From contig CAZNDB010000003.1 of the NCBI GenBank assembly GCA_964571725.1, forward strand, positions 127,797 through 191,796: 64,000 nucleotides of DNA, in the 5' to 3' direction. A program made the translations under genes and the position numbers. A model generated the notes under the pieces. The model had not been told where the DNA came from and did no database searches. It saw only the letters and a program-made list of their open reading frames with translations. Source of the stretch: an uncultured Candidatus Peribacteria bacterium. GTDB taxonomy: Bacteria; Patescibacteriota; Gracilibacteria; UBA1369. Of the stretch, positions 35,539 to 43,654 are shown piece after piece (within the stretch, counting starts at the first letter, position 1; each line of letters begins with the position of its first letter).

Positions 35539-36210
35539 CTAATTATTTCTTGGTATTTTTGGGGTGTTGTTTTCCGTATTTGACGTGCTCGCGGTGCCGT
35601 CATTGGAAAGTTGCAGGGAATCGGAACCGGTTTCCGCTTTTTTATAGTCGGTATTCAGCATGAAACTCAGTGAAACGGAGCCGGTCTCATCTGTGCCTTT
35701 GGCAATGGATGGGACATAAGCATCTTTGAAAAAGACACTGTTGTTAAACGTGGCAATAATCCCGGCAACGGCATCATAAGGAGGTAAAGCGGCCGGTTGG
35801 GTAACCATGCTCAAAACAATTTTTCCCTGACCGGTACCGGAATAAGACAAAATTTCCACTTTTCGTTTGCCGAAAGAATCCTGGGGTAAAAGTTTTTCCA
35901 CTTCTGAGATGACCTCTGACCAGCGGATTTCGTCGGACTCGATTTTGGCCAGGGCTTCGGAAGCATTCTGGCTCACTTCCACCTTGTTACTCTTGATAGT
36001 ATCAATCTGCGCTTGAATATCACGGGTCTGCTTTTCCAGATCGGTGGTATTACTGAGAATCCTGCCCTTGTCAAAACTTAGAAAGACTCCATACAGTACC
36101 AGTCCGATTACCAGAAAAAACAGGACATAATTCAGCATTCCACCTTTACCCGTCTTCTGGTTGACCTGACTGTCTGTTTCCGGAGCCTTATTATTGGATA
36201 TAATTGCCAT
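35539..36210 (-). CDS. PilN-like pilus assembly protein
   Basis: 223 aa. Short cytoplasmic N-terminus, a TM (NYVLFFLVIGLVLYGVFLSF), a coiled coil and an alpha/beta domain. First gene of the minus-strand pilus operon. Confidence 0.55.
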   Translation of the reverse strand: MAIISNNKAPETDSQVNQKTGKGGMLNYVLFFLVIGLVLYGVFLSFDKGRILSNTTDLEKQTRDIQAQIDTIKSNKVEVSQNASEALAKIESDEIRWSEVISEVEKLLPQDSFGKRKVEILSYSGTGQGKIVLSMVTQPAALPPYDAVAGIIATFNNSVFFKDAYVPSIAKGTDETGSVSLSFMLNTDYKKAETGSDSLQLSNDGTASTSNTENNTPKIPRNN

Positions 36211-36274
36211 AGTTGCCTTTTATGAGTTTTAATCCTAATATTCTACCATAATTTTGCCTTACTTGCAAAGCACC

Positions 36275-36598
36275 ATGGCCCGTACAAAGAAGATCAATAC
36301 GTCTTTTGTCTGTCTAAATTGCGGACATCAAAACTCCCCCGCTCCACAGACCTGCAGAAACCATTGTCAACTGTGTCTGTTCAGCCGGCACGTTGACCTG
36401 CAAATCCCCGGAGACCGCGCTTCCGACTGCCTGGGACTGCTGGAACCGGTCGGTTTGGACCAAAGCGGTAAAAAGGGCTTTATCATTCTCCATAAATGTC
36501 TAAAATGTGGACATGAATCACGCAATTTAACGTCCCCGGACGACAATTTCGATGCAATTATTAAACTCTCTCAAAGACAGAATCTCGGCCAGGCTTGA
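36275..36598 (+). CDS. RNHCP-domain zinc-ribbon protein
   Basis: FVCLNCGH...CRNHCQLCLFSRHVD...HKCLKCGH has the Cys pattern and near-literal RNHCP motif. The track start at 36254 is TTG; the ATG at 36275 is preferred. Confidence 0.6.
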   Translation: MARTKKINTSFVCLNCGHQNSPAPQTCRNHCQLCLFSRHVDLQIPGDRASDCLGLLEPVGLDQSGKKGFIILHKCLKCGHESRNLTSPDDNFDAIIKLSQRQNLGQA

Positions 36599-37532
36599 AC
36601 CTGCCGACACCATTGTCATCGGCCTGTCCGGCGGGCCGGACTCGGTTTTTCTGCTGGAAACTCTCTTACGCCACCCTCTGAAACTGAAAATTATTGTCTG
36701 CCACGTGAACTATCGGCTCAGGAAAAAAGCCAGTGACCTGGACCAGAAATTCGTGGAAGAGCTCTGCCGCCGCCACCGTCTGACGCTGGAAATCCTGCAG
36801 GCCGGCGATTCGATCAAAAAAGGAAATCTGGAAAACAACTGTCGCAATCTGCGCTACGATTTTTTCGAAAAAGTGCGTCAAAAATATTCCGCCAAACTGA
36901 TTATGGTTGGACATCATCTCAACGATCAGATTGAAACTTTTCTGCTTAATCTGACCAGGGGCAGTTCTTTCCGCGGCTTTGCTTCAATGCGGGAATTTGA
37001 CCGAAAAAGACATTTATTCAGGCCGCTGCTGAACATACCTAAAAATGAAATTCTCAAATGGCTGGCCAAAAACGGCATTTCCTACCGCCTGGACCGCTCC
37101 AATTTATCCGCGAAATTTTCACGCAATCAGATACGCCTGAAAGTGATTCCCCCGCTGGAAAAAATCAACGCCAACTTTTTGGTGACCGCCGGAGAATCGC
37201 TGCAAGACCTTACCCGGACGCTGGATCTGGTCGATACTCTGGCCGATGATTGGTTAACTGACAACCTCCATTCGGACGACAAAAAATTTTATTTTGATCA
37301 GGAACTCTTTCTCAAACAACCGGTCATAATGCAAAAAATTCTGCTGCGCAAAATATGTACGGAACTTCACGAACAATCCCTGACCAGACAAACCCTGGAG
37401 GAAATACTTCTGACCATCGGGAAGAAAAAAGCCGGTTTAAAAAAAGAATTCGGCCGGAAAACTTTTCTTAAAACAATCAAAGACGCCAAAAAACGGAAAA
37501 GACTAGTTGTGATGGAGCGTAAACTCGATTAA
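36552..37532 (+). CDS. tilS: tRNA(Ile)-lysidine synthase
   Basis: 326 aa. PP-loop [21 protein letters not shown] and [15 protein letters not shown]. Confidence 0.88.
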   Translation: MQLLNSLKDRISARLEPADTIVIGLSGGPDSVFLLETLLRHPLKLKIIVCHVNYRLRKKASDLDQKFVEELCRRHRLTLEILQAGDSIKKGNLENNCRNLRYDFFEKVRQKYSAKLIMVGHHLNDQIETFLLNLTRGSSFRGFASMREFDRKRHLFRPLLNIPKNEILKWLAKNGISYRLDRSNLSAKFSRNQIRLKVIPPLEKINANFLVTAGESLQDLTRTLDLVDTLADDWLTDNLHSDDKKFYFDQELFLKQPVIMQKILLRKICTELHEQSLTRQTLEEILLTIGKKKAGLKKEFGRKTFLKTIKDAKKRKRLVVMERKLD

Positions 37533-37570
37533 AATATCGCAGCAGAAATAGAAATACTAAAAATTTTCAC

Positions 37571-39490
37571 ATGCCTATTAGTCAAACTTCAGGACAAAAA
37601 CCGGGATCCAATAATTTTCTGGCTTTACTGGCGGTTATACTTGCCGTTTCAGCTCTGGCCGTAATATGGAGCGGAGGAAGCAGCATCAGCAAAAAAATCA
37701 CCCTCAATCAGTTCATCGAGGAGGTTCAGAACGGAAAAGTTGCCAAAATTTCCCTGGACACCGAATCCGACAAACTCAATGTCACCCGGGTAGACGGCTC
37801 ACAGTCCTATACCTATAAAGAACCATCCTCCACCCTGGACGAGATTCTGGCCAAAGTTCCGGAGGACGTAAAAAAAGACATTGAAACCGACATACAACCT
37901 GTTTCCGGTAACGGATTCTGGCTGACACTGCTGGTCAATGTTCTGCCCATTCTGCTGATCGTGGGATTTTTCGTCTTCATGATGAGACAGGCCCAAAGCA
38001 GCAATAACCAGGCCATGTCGTTCGGCAAAAGCAAAGCCAAACTTTTCGACGGTACCAAGAAAAAAACCATGTTTTCCGACGTCGCCGGAGCCGAGGAGGC
38101 CAAACAGGAACTTGTGGAAATCGTCGACTTCCTGAAAAGTCCTTCCAAATACGCCCAGATGGGAGCCAAAATTCCCAAAGGCGTTCTGCTGGTCGGTTCA
38201 CCCGGTACGGGTAAGACCCTGCTGGCGCGCGCCGTCGCCGGGGAAGCCAATGTTCCGTTTTTCAGCATTTCCGGTTCGGAATTCGTGGAAATGTTTGTGG
38301 GTGTCGGCGCGTCGCGCGTCCGGGATTTGTTTAAAAAAGCCCAGAAAAACGCTCCCTGCATTGTCTTCATTGATGAAATCGACGCGGTGGGAAGACAACG
38401 CGGTACCGGACTGGGCGGCGGACACGACGAAAGAGAGCAGACTCTCAATCAGATTCTGACCGAAATGGACGGTTTCGAAAACGATACCGGAGTCATCGTA
38501 ATGGCTGCCACCAACCGCCCCGACGTTCTGGACCCGGCACTGCTGAGACCCGGCCGCTTCGACCGCAGAGTGATGGTTGATTTGCCCGACTTGAAAGACC
38601 GTGAAGCCATTCTGAAAGTGCATGGCCGCAACAAACCTCTGGAAAAAGACATCAATATTACCGTGATCGCCCAGCACACGCCCGGATTTTCCGGCGCCGA
38701 TCTGGAAAACGTCATGAATGAGGCGGCCATTCTGGCCGCCAAGGAAGACCGCAAACAAATCACCCAGGACGACCTGCAGGAATCCGTGGAAAAAGTGATG
38801 ATGGGCCCGGAAAGAAAATCCAAGGGACTCTCTGAAAAAGAAAAAAAACGTACCGCCTATCACGAGGTTGGCCACGCCGTAGTCGGCCACTCAACGGCCA
38901 ACTGCGATCCGGTTCATAAGATTTCCATCATCTCCCGCGGCATGGCTTTGGGAGTAACCTGGTTCCTGCCCGAAGACGATAAACATCTCTATACCAAATC
39001 CAAATTCTTTGACGAAATCTGCTCGCTGTTCGGTGGTTATTGCGCCGAAATTGAATTCTTCGGTGAAATGAGCACCGGCGCTTCCAACGACCTGGAAAAA
39101 GCCACCGCCATCGCTACCAACATGGTTACCAAATACGGTATGAGTCCTCTTTTGGGTCCCATTACCCTGGGTGAACAGAACCATGAAATTTTCCTGGGGC
39201 GCGACCTGGGCCACATGAAAAATTATTCCGAGGAAACCGCCAAAAAAGTCGACGCCGAGGTTAAGGCTATTCTGGAAAATGCCAGAGTCTATGCAACCAA
39301 CATCATCAAAGATCAGAAAAACACCATCATCAAAATCGCCGAGAAATTATTGGAAACTGAAACTCTGACACGCTCCGAATTTCTATCTTTTTTTGGCGAA
39401 ACTGAAGATCAGGACGACAAAAAACGTGACATCAAACCGGCGACCGCCAAAAGAAGAAAAGTTAAAAAAGTAAATACGCAAAACAACTGA
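37571..39490 (+). CDS. ftsH: ATP-dependent zinc metalloprotease FtsH
   Basis: 639 aa. Two TM segments, Walker A GSPGTGKT, Walker [32 protein letters not shown], zinc site HEVGHAV. Confidence 0.97.
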   Translation: MPISQTSGQKPGSNNFLALLAVILAVSALAVIWSGGSSISKKITLNQFIEEVQNGKVAKISLDTESDKLNVTRVDGSQSYTYKEPSSTLDEILAKVPEDVKKDIETDIQPVSGNGFWLTLLVNVLPILLIVGFFVFMMRQAQSSNNQAMSFGKSKAKLFDGTKKKTMFSDVAGAEEAKQELVEIVDFLKSPSKYAQMGAKIPKGVLLVGSPGTGKTLLARAVAGEANVPFFSISGSEFVEMFVGVGASRVRDLFKKAQKNAPCIVFIDEIDAVGRQRGTGLGGGHDEREQTLNQILTEMDGFENDTGVIVMAATNRPDVLDPALLRPGRFDRRVMVDLPDLKDREAILKVHGRNKPLEKDINITVIAQHTPGFSGADLENVMNEAAILAAKEDRKQITQDDLQESVEKVMMGPERKSKGLSEKEKKRTAYHEVGHAVVGHSTANCDPVHKISIISRGMALGVTWFLPEDDKHLYTKSKFFDEICSLFGGYCAEIEFFGEMSTGASNDLEKATAIATNMVTKYGMSPLLGPITLGEQNHEIFLGRDLGHMKNYSEETAKKVDAEVKAILENARVYATNIIKDQKNTIIKIAEKLLETETLTRSEFLSFFGETEDQDDKKRDIKPATAKRRKVKKVNTQNN

Positions 39491-39524
39491 ATTTAATTTT
39501 TCACCCACCACGTAAATTTTCCCC

Positions 39525-39941
39525 ATGAACAAAGACACCCATAAAAAACCCGCCGTGAAGGTCAGCCTCGAACAGGCTGAAAAGAAGCTTGCCGAGGCCG
39601 AGGAAGAAATCGGGCAACTGTCCGTGGACGTTTATGAATCCCCTTCCGAACTGACCATTATCGCCCCAATCGCCGGAGTAAAACTCCAGGACATTAACAT
39701 TGGTCTGACCGATGACATTCTGGTCATCAGCGGCAAAAGAACGCTCGATTTCAAGATGCCGGTGGATGACTATATAATACAGGAATGCTTCTGGGGTGAA
39801 TTTTCACGTTCAATCGTTCTGCCCGACAATGCCAACCAGAGTCAAATCAGCGCCAGCTTTAAAGACGGTATTTTAAAAATCATTATCCCCAAAACCTCGG
39901 AAAACAACAAAACCAAGCTGATCAGAATTAAAAACGATTAA
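39525..39941 (+). CDS. Hsp20/alpha-crystallin family small heat-shock protein
   Basis: 138 aa. Alpha-crystallin domain pattern VDVYESPSELTIIAPIAGV...SFKDGILKIIIPK. Confidence 0.85.
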   Translation: MNKDTHKKPAVKVSLEQAEKKLAEAEEEIGQLSVDVYESPSELTIIAPIAGVKLQDINIGLTDDILVISGKRTLDFKMPVDDYIIQECFWGEFSRSIVLPDNANQSQISASFKDGILKIIIPKTSENNKTKLIRIKND

Positions 39942-39942
39942 C

Positions 39943-40818
39943 ATGTCCAAACCAAAGCCGATTACCAAAGCCATTTTCCCGGTTGCCGGTTTCGGAACCC
40001 GCTTTCTGCCCGCCACCAAGGCCCAGCCCAAAGAAATGCTGCCGATTGTGGACAAACCGGTCATCCAATACCTGGTGGAAGAAGCCGTGGCTGCCGGAAT
40101 CACCGATATCATCATGGTTACCGGCCGCGGCAAACGCGCCATTGAGGATCACTTTGATACCAGTTTTGAACTGGAATACACCCTGGTGGAAAAAGACAAA
40201 CACGACTTGCTGGAAGAAATACGCAACATTTCCAAACTAGCCAATTTCGTCTACGTACGTCAGCCCAAACCGCTGGGTGACGGCCACGCCATCCTCTGCG
40301 CCCGCAGCCTGATAGGCAATGAACCCTGCGCCGTTTTGTTCGGCGATGACGTAATTGACGGAAAAGTACCGGCCATCAAACAGTTGATTGACGTTTACAA
40401 TGAAACGGGCTGTTCCGTAATCGGCGTCAAGGAGGTCCCCCGCGAAGAAATTTCCAGTTATGGAGTGATCGGAGGAAAAGCGGTAAAAAAAGGTTTGTAT
40501 GAAGTGGAACAACTAGTGGAAAAACCCAAACCTGAAAAGGCACCGTCCAATCTGGCCATCATCGGTAAATACATTATTACGCCCGAAGTTTTTGATTGCA
40601 TCGAAAAAGGAGGACGCAGCACCGGAGGTGAACAAAGATTGATCGATGGTTTTGAAGTTCTGTTAAAAAAAGAACGCATCTATGCCCAGATAATGGAAGG
40701 CCGCCGTTATGACACCGGCCAGAAAATCGGCTTATTAACTGCTAATATTGACTTCGCCCTGAAACGAAAGGATCTGGGACCGGAGCTGCGGGATTACCTG
40801 AGAAAATTGAAGTTGTAA
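39943..40818 (+). CDS. galU: UTP--glucose-1-phosphate uridylyltransferase
   Basis: 291 aa. KAIFPVAGFGTRFLPATKAQPKEMLPIVDKPVIQY, plus VEKP. Confidence 0.93.
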   Translation: MSKPKPITKAIFPVAGFGTRFLPATKAQPKEMLPIVDKPVIQYLVEEAVAAGITDIIMVTGRGKRAIEDHFDTSFELEYTLVEKDKHDLLEEIRNISKLANFVYVRQPKPLGDGHAILCARSLIGNEPCAVLFGDDVIDGKVPAIKQLIDVYNETGCSVIGVKEVPREEISSYGVIGGKAVKKGLYEVEQLVEKPKPEKAPSNLAIIGKYIITPEVFDCIEKGGRSTGGEQRLIDGFEVLLKKERIYAQIMEGRRYDTGQKIGLLTANIDFALKRKDLGPELRDYLRKLKL

Positions 40819-40880
40819 TAAAAAAAGTCCTCGGCGTCAATTGCCATTTTCAATTAGTTATCAAATACACGTCTGGAGCA

Positions 40881-40909
40881 TTGAAGAAATCCGGAAAATT
40901 TGCTATAAT
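40881..40909 (+). promoter_or_regulatory. promoter TTGAAG-17-TGcTATAAT
   Basis: -35 at 40881-40886 and extended -10 at 40901-40909. This places the track TTG start of the TPR ORF inside the promoter. Confidence 0.55.
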
Positions 40910-40937
40910 TTCTAGATTTACAAAAACCAAAACAAAA

Positions 40938-41546
40938 ATGCCCAGCGAACCAATAGACTTTAATTACCTTCTATCCGAATCCGACCGGCTCAAAATGGCC
41001 GGCGAACATCTGGAAGCAATCAGAATCTGTGAAAAAGTGCTTACTCAGGATCTGGACAGCCAACAGGCCTACGAAGAAATCGGCGACAACTTTCTCAGTA
41101 TGCGGGAATATGAAAAAGCCGAGCGCGCTCTGATTCAGGCTCTCCGTTTGAACCCGGGTTCCGCCAACGCCCATTATCTGATCGGTTTCGCCCATTCCGC
41201 CCTTGGGAAATGGGAAGATTCCATCAGTCATTTGGAAACCGCCGACCGCATCCAACCCAATCATCCGGAAATTTTACGCTGCCTGGGCTGGTCAATTTTC
41301 CATTCCGGCGAAAAAAAGCAGGGACTGGTGATTCTGGAACGATCTCTCAATCTGAGCCCCCGCGATCCCCTGATCCTCAGCGACCTGGGCATCTGTTACC
41401 TCAACGATAAGGAATTCGACAAAGCCAATGACCTCTTCCGCAAAGTCCTGGAAATTGAACCGGACAACGAGAAAGTCAAAGAATGCCTCTATGCCGTAAA
41501 ATTCTTCAAGAGCGAATTCAAAAAATTCCGCGAGAGCAAGAAATAA
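40938..41546 (+). CDS. tetratricopeptide repeat protein
   Basis: TPR-type 34-aa repeats (AYEEIGDNFLSMREYEKAERALIQALRLNP, AHYLIGFAHSALGKWEDSISHLETADRIQP, and others). Start moved to the ATG at 40938 (MPSEPIDF). Confidence 0.8.
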   Translation: MPSEPIDFNYLLSESDRLKMAGEHLEAIRICEKVLTQDLDSQQAYEEIGDNFLSMREYEKAERALIQALRLNPGSANAHYLIGFAHSALGKWEDSISHLETADRIQPNHPEILRCLGWSIFHSGEKKQGLVILERSLNLSPRDPLILSDLGICYLNDKEFDKANDLFRKVLEIEPDNEKVKECLYAVKFFKSEFKKFRESKK

Positions 41547-41566
41547 ATAAAATACGCCCCCACGCT

Positions 41567-41593
41567 TTGACAACATTTTCCCATAGTTGTCAA
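41567..41593 (+). terminator. inverted repeat TTGACAAC-11 nt-GTTGTCAA after the TPR gene (weak terminator or operator)
   Basis: Perfect 8-bp arms, followed by TTTC. Confidence 0.3.
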
Positions 41594-41600
41594 TTTCAGC

Positions 41601-41629
41601 TTGCATTTCGAGACAATTTTGGCGAAAAT
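41601..41629 (+). promoter_or_regulatory. putative rnpB promoter TTGCAT-17-GAAAAT
   Basis: This spacing puts the transcription start near 41636, the predicted 5' end of the P1 stem. Confidence 0.35.
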
Positions 41630-41635
41630 AGCGGC

Positions 41636-42113
41636 GATCCTATCAATGAGTAATCGCTGGTTTTGAGACTCTCCCGGTTTCGGCCGGAAGTGATCCTTAA
41701 AAACGAGAGGAAAGTCCGAGCGCCCGTTAAGCATAATGGCTTCTAACGGAAGCAGCCGTCCGCCCTAAACGGCCGGTATGGAAAGTGCCACAGAGACTAT
41801 ACTAGTTTTGTCCGTCCGCTTCAGTCGCAAGATTGATCCGGAAACAACAAAACCAAAGGTGAAAAGCCTTGCCGTCCGGCCTGGACTTCGGTTCCGGCCA
41901 GGCGAGGTGCCTCCGTGTGAACGGAGTGTTATGGCAAACCCCATTTGGCGCAAGGTGGGATGGGAGATTTCGGGATTACCTGGCTTAACAGGTCCGGAAC
42001 TCCCCACCGCTTGAGCTCCACCGCAAGGTGGCGCCTAGATAGATGATTACTGGACGGGAGGCCCCACAAGGGCTTGCCGTTATACAGAACTCGGCTTATG
42101 ATTTGATAGGATC
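41636..42113 (+). ncRNA. rnpB: RNase P RNA, bacterial type A
   Basis: P1 pairing GATCCTATCAA (5') with TTGATAGGATC (3'). Universally conserved GAGGAAAGTCCG, GTGCCACAGAGA, CTTGAGC...CCTAGATAGATGA and ACAGAACTCGGCTTAT (P4) blocks are in the correct order. A T7 run follows. Confidence 0.93.
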
Positions 42114-42127
42114 TTTTTTTATGTAAG

Positions 42128-43573
42128 ATGAAACCACTTGAGATTTTTTTCGGTGCCCTCAGAATTCCAGTAGACTTCCTGCTGACAATTTTGGCGTTCC
42201 TGATCGCCTATCAGGTTCGTCTGACCACCGACTTGATCCCCGGCGTACAATTGCCGGTCAGCCTGGCTACCTTTCCCGAATACAACGAATATCTGACCTT
42301 CACGGCCATCGCGGCAACCCTGCTGCTGATTTTATTTGCTTTTTTCGGGTTGTACAGTCTGAAAAGACCCGAATCACTGGGACAACAATTGTCCAAAATT
42401 TTCGCCGCCAGTATGATCTGGCTTTTTGCCATCATTACTTATTATTTCCTGATCAGGACTTTCCCCTTCTCCCGTCTGGCTCTGCTGCAAAGCTGGATTT
42501 TTGCTTTTCTGCTGATCTCAGCCGGAAGGACCCTTCTGCAAAACCTGCAAAACCGCCTTTACCGCAAAGGCATCGCCCAGACCAGAGTTTTGCTGATCGG
42601 CACCGGAGCCACCACCGAAGAAATCCTGGCCAACTATTTTAAAAATCCCCAGTACAAATGCGTCGGTTATCTGGAATCGGAAGACAAAAACCTCGGCAAA
42701 ATTCATTATCTGGGCTCCATCGAAAACCTGGCGGAAATTGTCCAAAAACACCGCATTGAAAAAATCATCCAGTGCAAAGAACAAATCACTCCCAACCAGG
42801 AAGGAACTTTGCTGGATTTTTGCCGTGAACATCAGCTGGAATACAGTTTCATACCCGATCAGCTGGAAATGCAACGTTCCAACATTAAAATTGAAACTCC
42901 TTCGGGAATTCCCATAATTACTCTTAAACCCACTCCGCTGGACGGCTGGGCCAGAGTCGTTAAAAGGGCTTTTGATTTTCTGGCCGCTCTGCTGCTTTTG
43001 ATCCTCCTCTCCCCCGTTATGCTGGTGATCGCCATATTGATTAAACTGGACGATCCCAAAGGTACAATCCTCTTCAAATATCTGGACGACGGATCACGTG
43101 TACAAAGAGTCGGATTGAAAGGCCGTCTGTTCAAGTTCTACAAGTTTCGGACCATGAAGCCCAATACTCACAATCTGCGCTACACCGACCTCTCCCACCT
43201 GAATATCAGACAGGGCACGCCCATGGTAAAAATCAAAAACGATCCCCGCGTCACCAAAATCGGCCGTTTTCTCCGCAAAACTTCCCTGGACGAATTACCC
43301 CAGCTGTTCAATGTACTGAAGGGAGAAATGTCCATGGTCGGACCGCGCCCCCATCTGCCGGAAGAAGTCGCCCACTACGACCGCCATCACAAATTCGTCC
43401 TGACCGTCAAACCCGGCATCACCGGAATGGCCCAGGTCAGCGGCCGCAGCGATCTGGAGTTCGACCAGGAAGTCCGGCTGGACACCTACTATATCGAAAA
43501 CTGGAACCTGCTCCTGGATTTAAAAATTTTTATTCAGACCGTCTTAGTTCCCTTTAAAAATTTTGAAGAATAA
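42128..43573 (+). CDS. polyprenyl-phosphate glycosyl-1-phosphate transferase (WbaP/bacterial sugar transferase family)
   Basis: 481 aa. Four N-terminal TM segments, a central Rossmann-like domain, and a C-terminal KRAFDFLAALLLL...KFRTM...DELPQLFNVLKGEMSMVGPRP. Confidence 0.9.
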   Translation: MKPLEIFFGALRIPVDFLLTILAFLIAYQVRLTTDLIPGVQLPVSLATFPEYNEYLTFTAIAATLLLILFAFFGLYSLKRPESLGQQLSKIFAASMIWLFAIITYYFLIRTFPFSRLALLQSWIFAFLLISAGRTLLQNLQNRLYRKGIAQTRVLLIGTGATTEEILANYFKNPQYKCVGYLESEDKNLGKIHYLGSIENLAEIVQKHRIEKIIQCKEQITPNQEGTLLDFCREHQLEYSFIPDQLEMQRSNIKIETPSGIPIITLKPTPLDGWARVVKRAFDFLAALLLLILLSPVMLVIAILIKLDDPKGTILFKYLDDGSRVQRVGLKGRLFKFYKFRTMKPNTHNLRYTDLSHLNIRQGTPMVKIKNDPRVTKIGRFLRKTSLDELPQLFNVLKGEMSMVGPRPHLPEEVAHYDRHHKFVLTVKPGITGMAQVSGRSDLEFDQEVRLDTYYIENWNLLLDLKIFIQTVLVPFKNFEE

Positions 43574-43654
43574 AGTAAACTCCACACACGAGCTGCCGCA
43601 GACAGCGAGTGTGCTCTCGTATTCCTCCTCCCCAAACAATCACAATAATCAACC

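Noticed and set aside
41765-42014. Two ORFs of about 80 aa on opposite strands
   Set aside because: Both lie entirely within the RNase P RNA, whose conserved blocks and P1/P4 pairings explain the region.
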